From: Octopus sinensis
Lineage: Eukaryota
Assembly: GCF_006345805.1 (NCBI RefSeq)
Contig: NC_043005.1
Coordinates: 54,436,001 to 54,500,000, forward strand
Direction: 5' to 3'
DNA: 64,000 bases
The notes under the pieces were generated by a model. The model worked only from the letters and a program-made list of their open reading frames with translations. It did not search any database and had not been told where the DNA came from. A program made the position numbers and the translations under genes. Shown piece by piece: positions 1-11,929 of the stretch. Position 1 is the first letter of the stretch. Each line of letters begins with the position of its first letter.

Positions 1-619
1 TTCAGTAAGCGACTCACTTTTTTCTTTTCTTTTTCTGATTTATAGGATTATGTTCAAGGTGGCTCCATCATTCACACGTGCCATCCTTGCTACATTTACC
101 CATCTTTTTTTGAAACATTCACTAGACAAAACTTCCCTCTCTATTAAGCAACTGACCCTGACTGGGAAGATCTCTAAACAGATATCTGACTTGTTTTGCA
201 GAATTTGTTGCAATTGCTACCTCCAGAGTCATATCCCAATGATGATTATATTCGTCGCAAAAAAAATCATGTAAAAAAATTGTTAAAATCAAGTGCAGAA
301 ATGAAAACATAGCAATCCAAAATTTCAGGATTACAGGTGCAGATTCAACCCAGAATGTTTTTAAGTTACTCATGGAGTTAGCCTTTACATTATAAAAACT
401 GTTATCGCTCAAAAATTTTGTCCCAAAAAGTCACGTAAAAAAATTGCCAAAAACAATCACAGTAATGAAAACTTGGGAATTCAAAATTTAAGGATTGTGT
501 GTCTAGAATGTTTTTAATTTACTCATGGAGTCAGCCTGATTCCAAAACGTTGGGCTACAGCCTCTAGGAGTAAAGTTGAAAATGTGTGGTGCACTGACAC
601 ACTGACATGCATATTTATT

Positions 620-778
620 CATCATCATCATCGTTTAACATCTGTTTTCCATGCTAGAATGGGTTGGACGGTTCAACTGGGGTCTGGGAAGCCAGGAGGC
701 TGCACCAGGCTCCAGTCTGATCTGGCAGTGTTACTACAGCTGGATGCCCTTCCTAACACCAACCACTCCATGAGTGTA
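620..778 (-). mobile_element. SINE family C 3' fragment with (GAT)n tail
   Basis: Reverse complement of the 3' end seen at 47290-47446 (ttggcgttaggaagggcatccagctgtag...ccaacccatgctagcatggaaa...ttaaacgatgatgat). Confidence 0.85.
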
Positions 779-796
779 TTATATTATATTATATTA

Positions 797-1017
797 AGGT
801 GGTGAACTGGCAGAATCATTAGCACACCAGGTAAAATGCTTAGTACTGTTTCGTCTGCCATTAATTAGGTTTTGAGTTCAAATTCCACCGAAGTTGACTT
901 TGTCTTTCATCCTCTTGGGGTCAATAAAATTAGTACCAGTTATATACTGGTATCAATGTAGTCAACTTAATCCTTTCCCCAAAAAGATATGAGGCTTGTG
1001 CTTCCAGTAGAAAGGAT
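797..1017 (+). mobile_element. tRNA-derived SINE family A
   Basis: Head ggtggtgaactggcagaatcattagc, B-box-like gagttcaaattcc, central ctttcatcc...ggggtcaataaa; many copies in the window. Confidence 0.85.
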
Positions 1018-1120
1018 TTATTAAAGTTGGAAAAGCGTGACACACTGAGATTCACCTTTTTTATATTAGATATGTTTAATTTTGAGGAGACTTTATTTCA
1101 ATTAAAATGTATTTTATATA

Positions 1121-1155
<35 letters not shown>

Positions 1156-2502
1156 ATATATATGTATTAAAGAAAGCAAACAAATAAAACAAAAATGACA
1201 GTGTTCAGTATGTTGGCAACAGGATATTTTTATCAAAGAGACATGGTTAAGCAAAGCTGTACACTATCTCCCTCTTTCTCTCACATACCCACTCTTTCTC
1301 ACTCTTGTTATTACTCCCACTGCCACCATCAACACTACTACTTTTAATAAAACATCATCAACTCTCCCTAAATTTCTTTGTCTCTCTTTCTCTCCCTCTC
1401 TATTTGTCCTCACCACCACCCTCACCATCTTTATGCCTACTATTACTCTCACTCCATCATGAGGAATAGTAGGAGTGTCATTGAATAGTGAGAGAGGGGG
1501 GGGGGGTCTAAGTGTGACACATTGACACACAGAAATTAGTTTTCGCATTTATTATATTGAAAGTAATTTATCCATGTACACATACATACTGCTCTATCTT
1601 ATATGCTGTATACGTTTTGTAACTCTCAGTACATGTTGACTGTGTATAGATTATATATTCTATGCTACTGTACAGGTACTTTTTACTATTCAATATTCTA
1701 TTTTCATTAGTGAAACTCTGTGTCTGCCCTCTCTGCCTATTTTCTTAGGCCATCATGATTATCTTCCTTCATTCCCTATCTCAATTCAATTGGTTTTTCC
1801 CTTTTCAATTGTTAGCTCTCCTCAAAGTTTATTAGTTTCTTTACACTTTTTATCTAATTCCTCCATTTTAACTTATTTTGTCCATCACCCCACCATCTCT
1901 GCCTCTTCGGTTCTCACCTAATTCAACTGACCTGGCCTTTACTATTTCCTTCCTACTCCACTTACCTGGCCCTTGCTGCAAACTCATACTAATATTCATC
2001 TTCATTTTATTTCCTCCCGCATCACTCATCTCCCACACTACTCACAGCATACAGGTTCACTCATCTCTTTCTCCCCCAAATCCACCATTCTGCATTATCA
2101 CTCTTTCATTTCAATTCTCAGTTTTCTTTTCACAAACAATAATGGCTTGCATTTTCTTTCTCTCTAAAGAAAACAAATTAACTCACTGTAATTTACTAAC
2201 TCCATTGAACATCTAAAAAGCATGGACATGAACTTGGTATTCCTTTATTAAATGTTATATATGTTTCTTTAGTCAATAATTGATTAATGTCACACTATAA
2301 ATGCAGTTTCTACATGCAACATATAAGTGCAGTATATATAATCACGCTGAACATGTCCTCAAATAGAGTCGCCCACTAAGCACATCCATTTCCACTAACA
2401 TATGTATGTATATATGTGTGTACATATGCGATTATGCCTGTATGGTTAGTCTACACTATTCTGTAAGGAGTATAGGGCCAGTTTCCTGGCATATATATAT
2501 AT

Positions 2503-2503
<1 letters not shown>

Positions 2504-2544
<41 letters not shown>

Positions 2545-2704
2545 GTCATTTAACATCCGTTGTCCATGCTGGCATAGGTTGGACAATTTGACCATGGCTG
2601 GTAAGCTGGAAGGCTGCACCAGACTCCGGTCTGATTTAGCATGGTCTTCTACAGCTGGATGTCCTTCCTAACACCAACCACTCTGAGAGTGTAATGGATG
2701 CATT
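2504..2704 (-). mobile_element. SINE family C 3' fragment with expanded (CAT)n tail
   Basis: Same 3' sequence as 620-778 and 47290-47446. Confidence 0.8.
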
Positions 2705-2727
2705 TTATATATATATATATATATGTA

Positions 2728-3597
2728 TAGGCTGTGGTGAATAAATTGTTGTCTAAATTACGCAAAAATGAAAATAACACTGATATCTCATTTTAACAGG
2801 AATATTTACCAAAATTACTTAAGATATACCGAAATACAAAAGAGTAAATTCATTCAATAAAATCGCCATTGGCTTCAACCACACCCTCCAGATGACTTCT
2901 GAATCACCTGCAACTCTTCTGGACAGTCTCCTCACTTAAGTGGGTGAACGATGCCATAATCCTTGCCTTCAGTTCATCTCTGGTGTTACAATGTGTTTTG
3001 TTGGTCTCTCGCTCAACTGCACTCCACACATAATAATCAAGGGGGTTGCAGTCTGTGGAGTTAGATGGACAGACGTTAGGGGTAATGTAGTCACAGAGAT
3101 TGTCTGGCAGCTATGACTGGGTTCTCCTGCTTGTGTGGCATAGTGCAGAGTTGTGTGGCCAGAAATAGGGTCTTCCAGCAGCCAACCCCTTGACCCAGAG
3201 CTGCACTACCTCCTCAAAGCATTTGATGCAGGCCTTCATGATGAGTCGGAGGCCATGTAGGAAGATGAATAGCGGCATAACGTCGCCATCACTAGTGATC
3301 ACTCAAAATATCCTGATGCTGATAGATGTTTGATTTTTATCACTCTCCATACATGTCCACAGATTGACATACAAATGCTCTGAAATGTTCGTATTGGAGC
3401 TTCCGACATGAATGCCAAGCAGTCTAGCATGTTGTTTCCAAATTTCTGGCAAAATTAATTGTGTCATGGTGCTGTTTTTCTCACAGACAGTGCCCAACTG
3501 ACCCTACTATACTCTGTAGTCAACAAAACCGAAAACAAACAATGTGCATGCAAGAATTAAAAATATAACATGGCAACAATTTACATATCACACCCTG
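2728..3597 (-). mobile_element. Internally deleted Tc1/mariner element, DD37D (maT/Bmmar1-like)
   Basis: Imperfect TIRs (taggctgtggtgaataaattgttg vs rc cagggtgtgatatgtaaattgttg), TA flanks, transposase remnant inside. Confidence 0.85.
2850..3302 (-). pseudogene. Transposase C-terminal remnant (DD37D type)
   Basis: Minus frame: ...WPHNSALCHTSRRTQS*LPDNLCDYITPNVCPSNSTDCNPLDYYVWSAVERETNKTHCNTRDELKARI...EANGDFIE*. Equivalent to QQDSAPCH...WPPNSPDCNPLD with 37-residue spacing; the second D is mutated to N and in-frame stops are present. Confidence 0.85.
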
Positions 3598-3599
3598 TA

Positions 3600-3643
<44 letters not shown>

Positions 3644-3894
3644 GTGTGTGTGTGTGTGGTGTGTGTGTATGTATTCCTCCCAGGAGAGGATGCCAGGCTG
3701 TCACAAGATTACTCATTTTTAACAGTATTCTCAGCATATAAAACTATTTGTAGTGTTTTAATCCATGTATTGTGTCCTTTAAATGAATAACATTTATCTC
3801 TCACCAGAGGGAGTACTTTTCTTGTTGAATTTTCTATTACAGAACAGTACATTTGATATATATATATATATATATACACACATGTCTTTCAGAT

Positions 3895-4025
3895 CTACTC
3901 ACAAAGTTTTGGTTGGCCAGTGGCTAAAGCAGAAAGTAGTTGCTCAAGTTATCATGTTCTGGGACTGAATCCAGAACCATGTGGTTGAAAAGAAAATTTC
4001 TTACTGCACAAGCATGCCTCGCCCT
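3895..4025 (-). mobile_element. SINE family B head fragment (degenerate)
   Basis: gggactgaatccagaaccatgtggttg matches the family B head in reverse. Confidence 0.65.
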
Positions 4026-4092
4026 AACAGAGAAATGTTGATGATAAAGTCTACTGAGTGCAAACAAATCCACTACAATCTTTTATAACAAG

Positions 4093-4229
4093 AGAGTCAA
4101 GACTATTGAAAAGTTTGCAAGACGCAACAAAAATTCTAGGAAAATAAAAGTAAGAAATAAGTGAAAATTTTACCGGTGAGTGTGTTACATTATAAGGTAC
4201 AAAAAGAAAATGGCTCTCCCCAGACACAA
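4093..4229 (+). mobile_element. 137-bp solo Penelope-like terminal unit carrying a hammerhead motif, 13-bp TSD
   Basis: Flanked by cttttataacaag at 4080-4092 and 4230-4242; homologous to both arms of the fold-back at 63224-63503. Confidence 0.75.
4103..4139 (+). ncRNA. Degenerate type I hammerhead motif, U3-A8 variant
   Basis: CTA-TTGAAAA-G-TTTGC AAGAC GCAAC-AAAA-ATT-C-TAG; G12 is mutated to A, so probably inactive. Confidence 0.55.
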
Positions 4230-4790
4230 CTTTTATAACAAGCCCTCATGATAAGAATGTTGGAAGGAAGATTGAATATGAGTGAATCCAGTGCTAGCCA
4301 ACATTACACAGGCAACATTATAAAGTGAATAGGAGAGAGACTGTGTGTTAGAGATATAAAAAGATCAGAGAGGTACAAATACCATTTCTAGTTACATGGT
4401 TTAGGAGAGATTCATTGACAAGCAGCAAAGCACAGTGAAGAGAAGAGGGAGTAGATGATAGAGATGAGTAACAGAAAGAGGAGAGGATATTGAAGATGTG
4501 AGGAAGGGAGCAGATATGGGCTTAACAAGGACTCGAGTGCAGAGCAGGTTATTTCTCCTAGTGTCTATTTCTGCCATCCTTTTAATATCTGTTTCATGAT
4601 TTTTGCATGAGAGAGGGAGTAGTGGTGGTGGTGGTGGTGGTGGTAGTGCTGGTGGCAGACAGGAGGCTTCTCCTGCAATGTGTGGTTGCCAATCATTACA
4701 GTTTTGTCGTCTTCTGGTAAAGAAGAGTGATCCCGAGATCAACCTTCACTACTTACTCTCACATTGTTCATCTCCCACATTGCATTTTCC

Positions 4791-4831
<41 letters not shown>

Positions 4832-5794
4832 CTCTCTGTCTCTCACTTTCTCTTTCTCTACATACCACTCTACTCTTACTTTTTTTGCAAATATAGTATT
4901 ATACACATGACACACACACACATACACATACGAGAAAAAGAAGGAAGAGAGATGTAAAGGTGTACACATACCATATATTCTCTAGCATTCAAAAGGATGT
5001 ACTCAAACAGAAGATACATAAATACATACAATAGCAAACACTATATATATGTATGCTTATGTATATACATTATTTCATAGTATACCCATATGTAAACATA
5101 CTGAACACAAGAGATTTATCATTGTTTAAATATGAGGTTTAAATATAGTCTAAAAATCGAATAATTCAAGTTCAAAGGTCCAGCTTAAATTTTTGAATAC
5201 ATAAAGTGCTCTCTATATGTGTGTGTATGTACATATCTATATGTGTATACACACATATATATTACGTATGTTGGCATAAATGTATGTCCATGCCTCTGTG
5301 TGTATGGTCAATGTATAATCACTCACATAGACAAACAATATATGCATATTTATATATATATATATATATATATATAGTGAGAGAGAGACAGACAGACAGA
5401 AAGACATGCATATACATATGCATGTATATACACATACACTTAGACACATAATTTAATCAAATCCAGCCAATTTTTGTTCCTGTCTAATCAATTTATAACA
5501 ATTTATGGTTTTACAGAGTATAAAAGAGCAGCATTTTTATTCTACATATGTATGTGAGTTTGTGAATGTGTCTGTGTATTTATAAGTTTGTGTTTGTGTA
5601 TCTATGTGTATATGTGTTTTTAATAGAACTAATATAGCCTAAACTAAAAACTAGTGCAATTTTAAAAAACTCATAATATGGTCACAAAAACACAAAAATT
5701 CAAATGTATTCGTAATGCCATAGATATGACTAAAACAACCAAGAGCCAAATTATGATCATCAAAACTCAAACTATACAACTACTTTATGCTTTA

Positions 5795-6075
5795 TCTTTT
5801 ATCTTTTACTTTTGTCACTCATTGGACTGCAGCCATGCTGAGGCACTGTCTTGAAGAATGTTTCGTTAAATGATTTTAACCCCAGTACTTATCTACTTTC
5901 CTATTTTGTTAAGCCTGGCACTCTATTCTATCAGACTTTTTTGCCAAATTGCTAAGTTATGCAGATGTAAACCAACCAACACCAGTTGTCAAGTGACAAC
6001 CAGTTGTCAAGTTGTCAAGTTGGTGGTGGTGGTGGTGGTGGTGGGCAAACACAGACACAAAGACACGCACACACA
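5795..6075 (-). mobile_element. SINE family B 3' half
   Basis: tcattggactgcagccatgctg...tacttatc...caaacacagacac matches family B in reverse. Confidence 0.75.
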
Positions 6076-6120
6076 TATCTATTCATCTCTCTCTCTCTCT
6101 CTCTTCTATATATATGTATC

Positions 6121-6510
6121 AAAACCTACCACTCACTGCGCCACGGAAGACGCTGCCAGCTGCCACCAATCAACAAAACGGCTGGCCAGGCAGCAAAAAC
6201 TCTGCGAGAATCAAGTCTGTTGGTTCGAGGAGCACAACTGTTCAACTCCATTCCGGTACATGTCAGAAATCTATCAGGATGCAGTGTGGAATCATTCAAA
6301 TTGCAACTGGATAGATGCTTAAGCACCATTAGAGATGAACCCCATCTCCCAGGATATACACAACGAGCACAAACTGACTCAAACTCGCTCCTACACATGT
6401 CAAAATTAAGCAGAGAATACAACCTGGCAACCACACCAGACTCTGAGGGTGGAGTCTTCGACTTGGCCTGAGCATGGACTCAAACCCAAATGAAATGAAA
6501 TGAAATGTAT
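6121..6510 (+). mobile_element. 5'-truncated L2/CR1-group LINE 3' end with (TGAAA)n tail
   Basis: Frame ...TLRESSLLVRGAQLFNSIPVHVRNLSGCSVESFKLQLDRCLSTIRDEPHLPGY...DSNSLL..., typical ORF2 C-terminus; stop at 6471, then a tgaaatgaaatgaaatg tail. Confidence 0.85.
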
Positions 6511-6574
6511 CACTATTTTCCTCTAGTTCTGGTCTAATGACCCTCCATGTTTGTTTTTGTTTTTGTTTGGTTTC

Positions 6575-7023
6575 CTTGTATGTCTCTACTGTTATGTTTT
6601 TTTTTTCCAAACTTTGACCTTTCATAAATCCTAAATTTTATTTTAGAATTTATTTTTAGAATTTATGAAAGCAACTGTCTTTGAAGACTCATATTGTCAT
6701 TGAATGCTCGAAATTAGGAGTAGATAAACACCTCACAGCTATTTCAGGGATATAAAAGATATCTCATCATCAGAGATGATATGAGAGAGTTTCAACAGAA
6801 GGAAATAGTAGGGTTCATTATGTAAGAAGTTACTTTGGAAAGGGAGAGATACAGGAAGTATAAAGGGAAACATGAGAATAAAAATATATGTTCGATGCTA
6901 GAGTTGCTATATATATATATATTTAGACAGTTGCTTCCATAAATTCTAAAAATAAATTCTAAAATAAAATTTAGGATTTATGGAAGGTCAAAGTTGGGAA
7001 CAATAATATGACAGTGAAGACAT

Positions 7024-7025
<2 letters not shown>
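6575..7025. repeat. Fold-back inverted repeat (Penelope-like termini); arms about 6575-6680 and 6925-7025
   Basis: ccaaactttgacctttcataaatcctaaattttattttagaatt...agcaactgtct is the reverse complement of agacagttgct...aaatttaggatttatggaaggtcaaagttgg. Confidence 0.85.
6729..6778 (-). ncRNA. Type I hammerhead motif (degenerate) in the fold-back spacer
   Basis: Minus: CATCT-CTGATGA-TGA-GATAT CTTTT ATATC-CCT-GAAA-TAGCTGT-G-AGGTG; stem I CATCT/AGGTG; position 17 is G, so likely inactive. Confidence 0.6.
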
Positions 7026-7057
<32 letters not shown>

Positions 7058-7109
7058 GTATATGTATATTTCACCCATGCCAGCATGGAAGGTAGACATT
7101 AAACAAAGA

Positions 7110-7420
7110 TATTAAGGAGAATGAAGAATTTGAACATTCAAATTTTATGTGTATTTCCAGTGAGTTTATTCATAACAATTGTCCAATGTGTTTCAATTGC
7201 ACCAACTGCATATTGTTGAATATTCATTTGCTGCAATTTATGCATTATAAGTATGATCTCTTCAGGGTATAAAAGTATGACACTATTCAAAGAGGAATTT
7301 TTCTCCACTATCGCTATCAGTTTGAATTAGACTTGGTAGTAGTAGTAAATACACCATCTGAAGGAATCAGCATGGGCATTTTACTCAGAGAAATTCAGTA
7401 TCTGCCTGGATATTGTATCC
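7110..7420 (-). mobile_element. Penelope-like terminal fragment, same family as 55040-55440, with a degenerate long-stem-II hammerhead (7182-7267)
   Basis: Shares ggagaatgaagaatttgaacattc...gatctcttcagggtata and catctgaaggaatca with the 55-kb copy; minus strand has CTGAAGA-GATC...GAAAC. Confidence 0.6.
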
Positions 7421-7431
7421 CTCTTTTAACT

Positions 7432-7636
7432 AAAGGCACAAGGCTTGATATTTTGCGGGAGGGGACTAGTCAATTACATCCATCCCAGTGATTCACTGGT
7501 ACTTAATTTATCAACCCCGAAAGGATGAAAGGCAAAGCTGACTTCAGCAGGATATGAATTCAGAACGTAGCAACGGGCAAAATACCACTAAGCATTTCAT
7601 CCAGCATGCTAACAGCTGTGCCAGCTTGCCACCTTA
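7432..7636 (-). mobile_element. SINE family A
   Basis: ggtacttaatttatcaaccccgaaaggatgaaaggcaaag...ccagcttgccacc. Confidence 0.85.
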
Positions 7637-8959
7637 ATAATAATAATAAAAATAATAATTGTTTTGTCTTGGTATAAAAGATGGGCTTCAGCAAATATTC
7701 TGCTCAATACCACAGATTTGCTTGTCAGTTGTTTGACCTTAACCAGTTGAGCATGTCCCTTAGTGGCTGATGATATGTGCATCTCTGGCCATGAGCAGGA
7801 GTAGTGGGGGAGCATCATAGCCATGTGTTGAGAGGAATTGTTTGGGGTCTCTCGAAACATGGGTGCTTCATTTAACATCCTTAAATAACCCTTATTCAGG
7901 GACCTTTTGAGCAGGATGGGTTACTCAGCCAGAAGAAAATTCTAACTGGACCCCAACCTACAAGGTCATGTGCTACTTATCTTGATATGAGATCACCATG
8001 TTGTGCACATATGGCTGTGATGCATGTGCCTAGTGTACCCTTATCAGACGGGTAGTTATGATGGGTATACTGGGCTTCGTATATTTTACCCCAGTGTCAC
8101 TTTGATAGTATGCACTGCTCTTTCATTCAATAATAATTTTATTGAGATTAGAATATGAATAGGATATTGATTCATCAGTGAGAAGACAACATATCTGATA
8201 TTGCACCAAGGTCCAATATGTTTTTGTTTGTCCTCATCTTCTTGAGCACTTTTCAGGCCTGGGTATGCAGGTGTAGTCCCTGGAATTTTTCGGAGGAAGG
8301 GCACAAGGTCAGAAGGAATACAATTCCAGGAGAAAAGGGCATAATAACATTACTTAGATGAGTGCACTTCTTTTTTTGAGGGGTTGACATGCCTCTCAGA
8401 CATTCACAAGGCCCTGGTTCGCCCCTGTATGAATTTAAACTGCATTTGGTAGTGGGGCCCCTGATTCAGGATTTCCAGGGTTTTAAGGAGTGTGAAAACA
8501 CCTCTTACCCACTATTGTTCCCTGTTCAACTCTGACCTGGGGTAGTTGGGACTGTCAACCCAGCAGTTCAGCAACAGACAGATAGAATATGTAGCAGGCT
8601 TAATTAAAATTTTTTTTTTTTATATTGGGGACATTTTGTTCGACTTAACCCTTCAGGGTGATGCCCCAGCATGGCCACGGTCTAATGACTGGAACAAATG
8701 GAAGATAAAAGATTCTCCCACCACCTCAAAAATTGTCTGAAGCACCTAAAGAAAAAACCAAAGATTCTAGTGCAAATCCAAAGACACAATTTTCAGCTCA
8801 GACCATGTTTCAGAGGGGATAATGTGAAACCGATAATCTCTATGGTGTTTGATGGAATGGCTGACAGCTGAAGAACATGAACCAAGATCTGCTGACTCGA
8901 TAATATAAGAACTAACCATTAGCTGTATTGATTCTATCATTCTTCACTAAATTTGATCT

Positions 8960-9104
8960 TGTATTGATTATAGATGATTTGCCAATTGTCTGTCAGCAGT
9001 CAAACAAGAGTATACAATATAAATCCATTGGTAGATAAGTATATTTTTGTTGTTTGTTGTATAGGTTTGCTTTAATTATATATATATATATGTATGTATG
9101 TATA

Positions 9105-9184
<80 letters not shown>

Positions 9185-9477
9185 TATTAATACATATATA
9201 TACATATATACATGCACATATATATATATATCATCATCATCATCATCATAAAACGGATGCTAAATAATGATGATGATGATGATGATGATCAGACACACAC
9301 ATGTATATGCATATATACATATCTACATATATATATATATATGCATATTACATATGCATACATTTATATGCATACATACATACATGCACATGTATATATA
9401 CATATATACATGCACATATATATATATATAGATAGATAGATATATTAATACATATATATACATATATAGATATATAT

Positions 9478-9511
<34 letters not shown>

Positions 9512-9514
9512 ATA

Positions 9515-9557
<43 letters not shown>

Positions 9558-9599
9558 ATATACATACATATATATGTATGTATGCATGTAAGCATTATG

Positions 9600-9638
<39 letters not shown>

Positions 9639-9660
9639 CACACATACATATATATATTGG
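8960..9660. repeat. Compound (TA)n/(GATA)n/(CAT)n/(CA)n microsatellite block
   Basis: Directly visible. Confidence 0.9.
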
Positions 9661-10127
9661 AAACCAATAATGTAAACTAGAGATTATTTTCTGTAATGAA
9701 GTACATCTTATCTATTATAAAAAAAAAAAAAAAAAAAAACAGGATTATAGGATGAGTGAATGAACCAGTTGTTACAACTAACAAAAACTGCAGCCAAAAT
9801 CACCATCAAATCTCACCCTTCCATCTTAAAAAATAAAAATAAAAAAAATTAGACAAATTGTGCTGAATAATGTAACCCAGAAGACGCTATATTTGAATAA
9901 AAGATACAATGGTCTTGGTGGAACACATTTGATCATTAACCTGCTCCATCAGGACCAACGAAAGTTTAATCAACAACAACCATATGCACTGGTAAATTGG
10001 GAAACGTATACCGATGCCGAACCAATAAAATGTCAATACAACATATGACATTATACATATATCGGAAAATGCAGATGTATTTCAATATATGTCAATTACA
10101 TTTCTTCATATATACATCTATATATAT

Positions 10128-10238
<111 letters not shown>

Positions 10239-10292
10239 TTGATATATAGATTTACATGCACAAACACACATATGTATGTACATGTATATGTG

Positions 10293-10323
<31 letters not shown>

Positions 10324-10546
10324 ATTTAAACAGTTTACGATATAATAAATTTAGATTCAATTTAACACATTTTTATGCATGATGCTGACAAATTTCAATA
10401 CATTTCATTGCAGATCATTTGGCAAATAGAGATTCAAGTGAATTTATGCCTCTATACACACACAGGAATATTTTGCTACATACCAATGAATGCCATTATA
10501 TACACATTGGCTAATATAAACATCTGTTAATTGATACAAACATGAA

Positions 10547-10750
10547 AGGTGGTGAGTAGGTAGAATTGTTAGCATGCTGAGCTAAATGCTTTGTGGTATT
10601 TCATTCCTCCTTATGCTCTGGGTCCAAATTTCATGGAGCTCAACTTTGCCTTTCGTCCTTTCGGAGGTCAAGAAAATAAGTACCTGTTGAACTCTATGGT
10701 TGATGTAATCAACTTACCCACTCCATTAAAATTTCTGGTCATGTGCCAAA
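10547..10750 (+). mobile_element. SINE family A
   Basis: aggtggtgagtaggtagaattgttagc...ctttgcctttcgtcctttcggaggtc. Confidence 0.75.
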
Positions 10751-10939
10751 ATTTGAAATCAATTATACATACATAGCTTAGTGTAAACAGCTGTCAGTTA
10801 TACTTACGTTGACTGGTATAAACACCTGTCAATTGTACATGACCTTGTCACATGATGCAAAGGAAACATTGATGAGACTTTCCTCAGGAAAGGCAGAAAA
10901 TACAGTCAATTGTTTGAACTCTGTGAAAACAACGGCATA

Positions 10940-11360
10940 TTTTTATTTCTTTATTGCACACGGGGTACTAAACATAGAGGGGACAAACAAGGACAGACAA
11001 AGGGATTAAGTCGACTACATCGACTCTAGTGCATAACTGGAACTTTATTTATCGACCCCGAAAGGATGAAAGGTACAGTTGACCTTGGTGGTCAATGAAA
11101 TGTCACTAAACATTTTGCTAATCGTGCTAACAATTCTTATTTCTTTATTGCCTGCAAGGGGCTAAACATAGAGGGGACAAACAAGGACAGACAAAGGGAT
11201 TAAGTCAATTGCATTAACCCCAGTGTGTGACAGGTACTTATTTAATCGACCCCAAAAGGATGAAGGGCAAAGATGATCTCGGTGGAATTTGAACTCAGAA
11301 TGTAATGGCAGACTAAATTCCACTAAGCATTTCACTAGTGATTTGGTCAGCCCACCAATT
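10940..11360 (-). mobile_element. Head-to-tail dimer of SINE family A
   Basis: Two units each with aaacatagaggggacaaacaaggacagacaaagggattaagtc; junction at 11135/11136. Confidence 0.85.
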
Positions 11361-11363
11361 CTG

Positions 11364-11522
11364 CTGTATTGCCTTCCTGTTGAGCTAGGTGTTTGAGGAT
11401 TTGTTGGAACCAGGGCTCACTCAATGCTCAGTTGTCTTGGACAAGCTACAGAGGAGATAAAAGACATTGCCAGAAAATTGCCAGAAGCCACTGAAAAGAG
11501 CAAGCCATTACATTTGGTTTAA
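11364..11522 (+). pseudogene. C-terminal restriction-like endonuclease remnant of an R2-superfamily (HERO/NeSL-like) LINE
   Basis: LYCLPVELGV*GFVGTRAHSMLSCLGQATEEIKDIARKLPEATEK resembles the PVEVGCRGFVG motif; TGA at the Arg codon fits CpG decay. Confidence 0.6.
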
Positions 11523-11565
11523 CTCTTTAGCATTCAGATTATCCTGTCAAATGCAATGCCTATTT

Positions 11566-11900
11566 AACTTGCTTACAAACCACATGGTTCCAGGTTCAGA
11601 CCCACTGCGTGGCACATTGGGCAAGTGTCTTCTACTATAGCCTCGGGCCGACCAAAGCCTTGTGAGTGGATTTGGTAGATGGAAACATATATATGTATAT
11701 GTATGTGTGTGTATGTCTGTGTTTGTCACTCCAACAATGTCTGACAACCGATGCTGGTGTGTGTTACGTCCCCGTAACTTAGCAGTTCGGCAAAAGAGAC
11801 CAATAGAGTAAGTCCTGGGGGCGATTTCCTTGACTAAAGGCAGTGGTCCAGCATGGCTGCAGTCAAATGACTGAAACAAGTAAAAGAGTAAAAGAGAGTA
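11566..11900 (+). mobile_element. tRNA-derived SINE family B
   Basis: accacatggttccaggttcagacccactgcgtggcac...gcagtcaaatgactgaaacaagtaaaagagta tail. Confidence 0.9.
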
Positions 11901-11929
11901 TCTACGTTTATGAAGCAAATTCATTAAAG

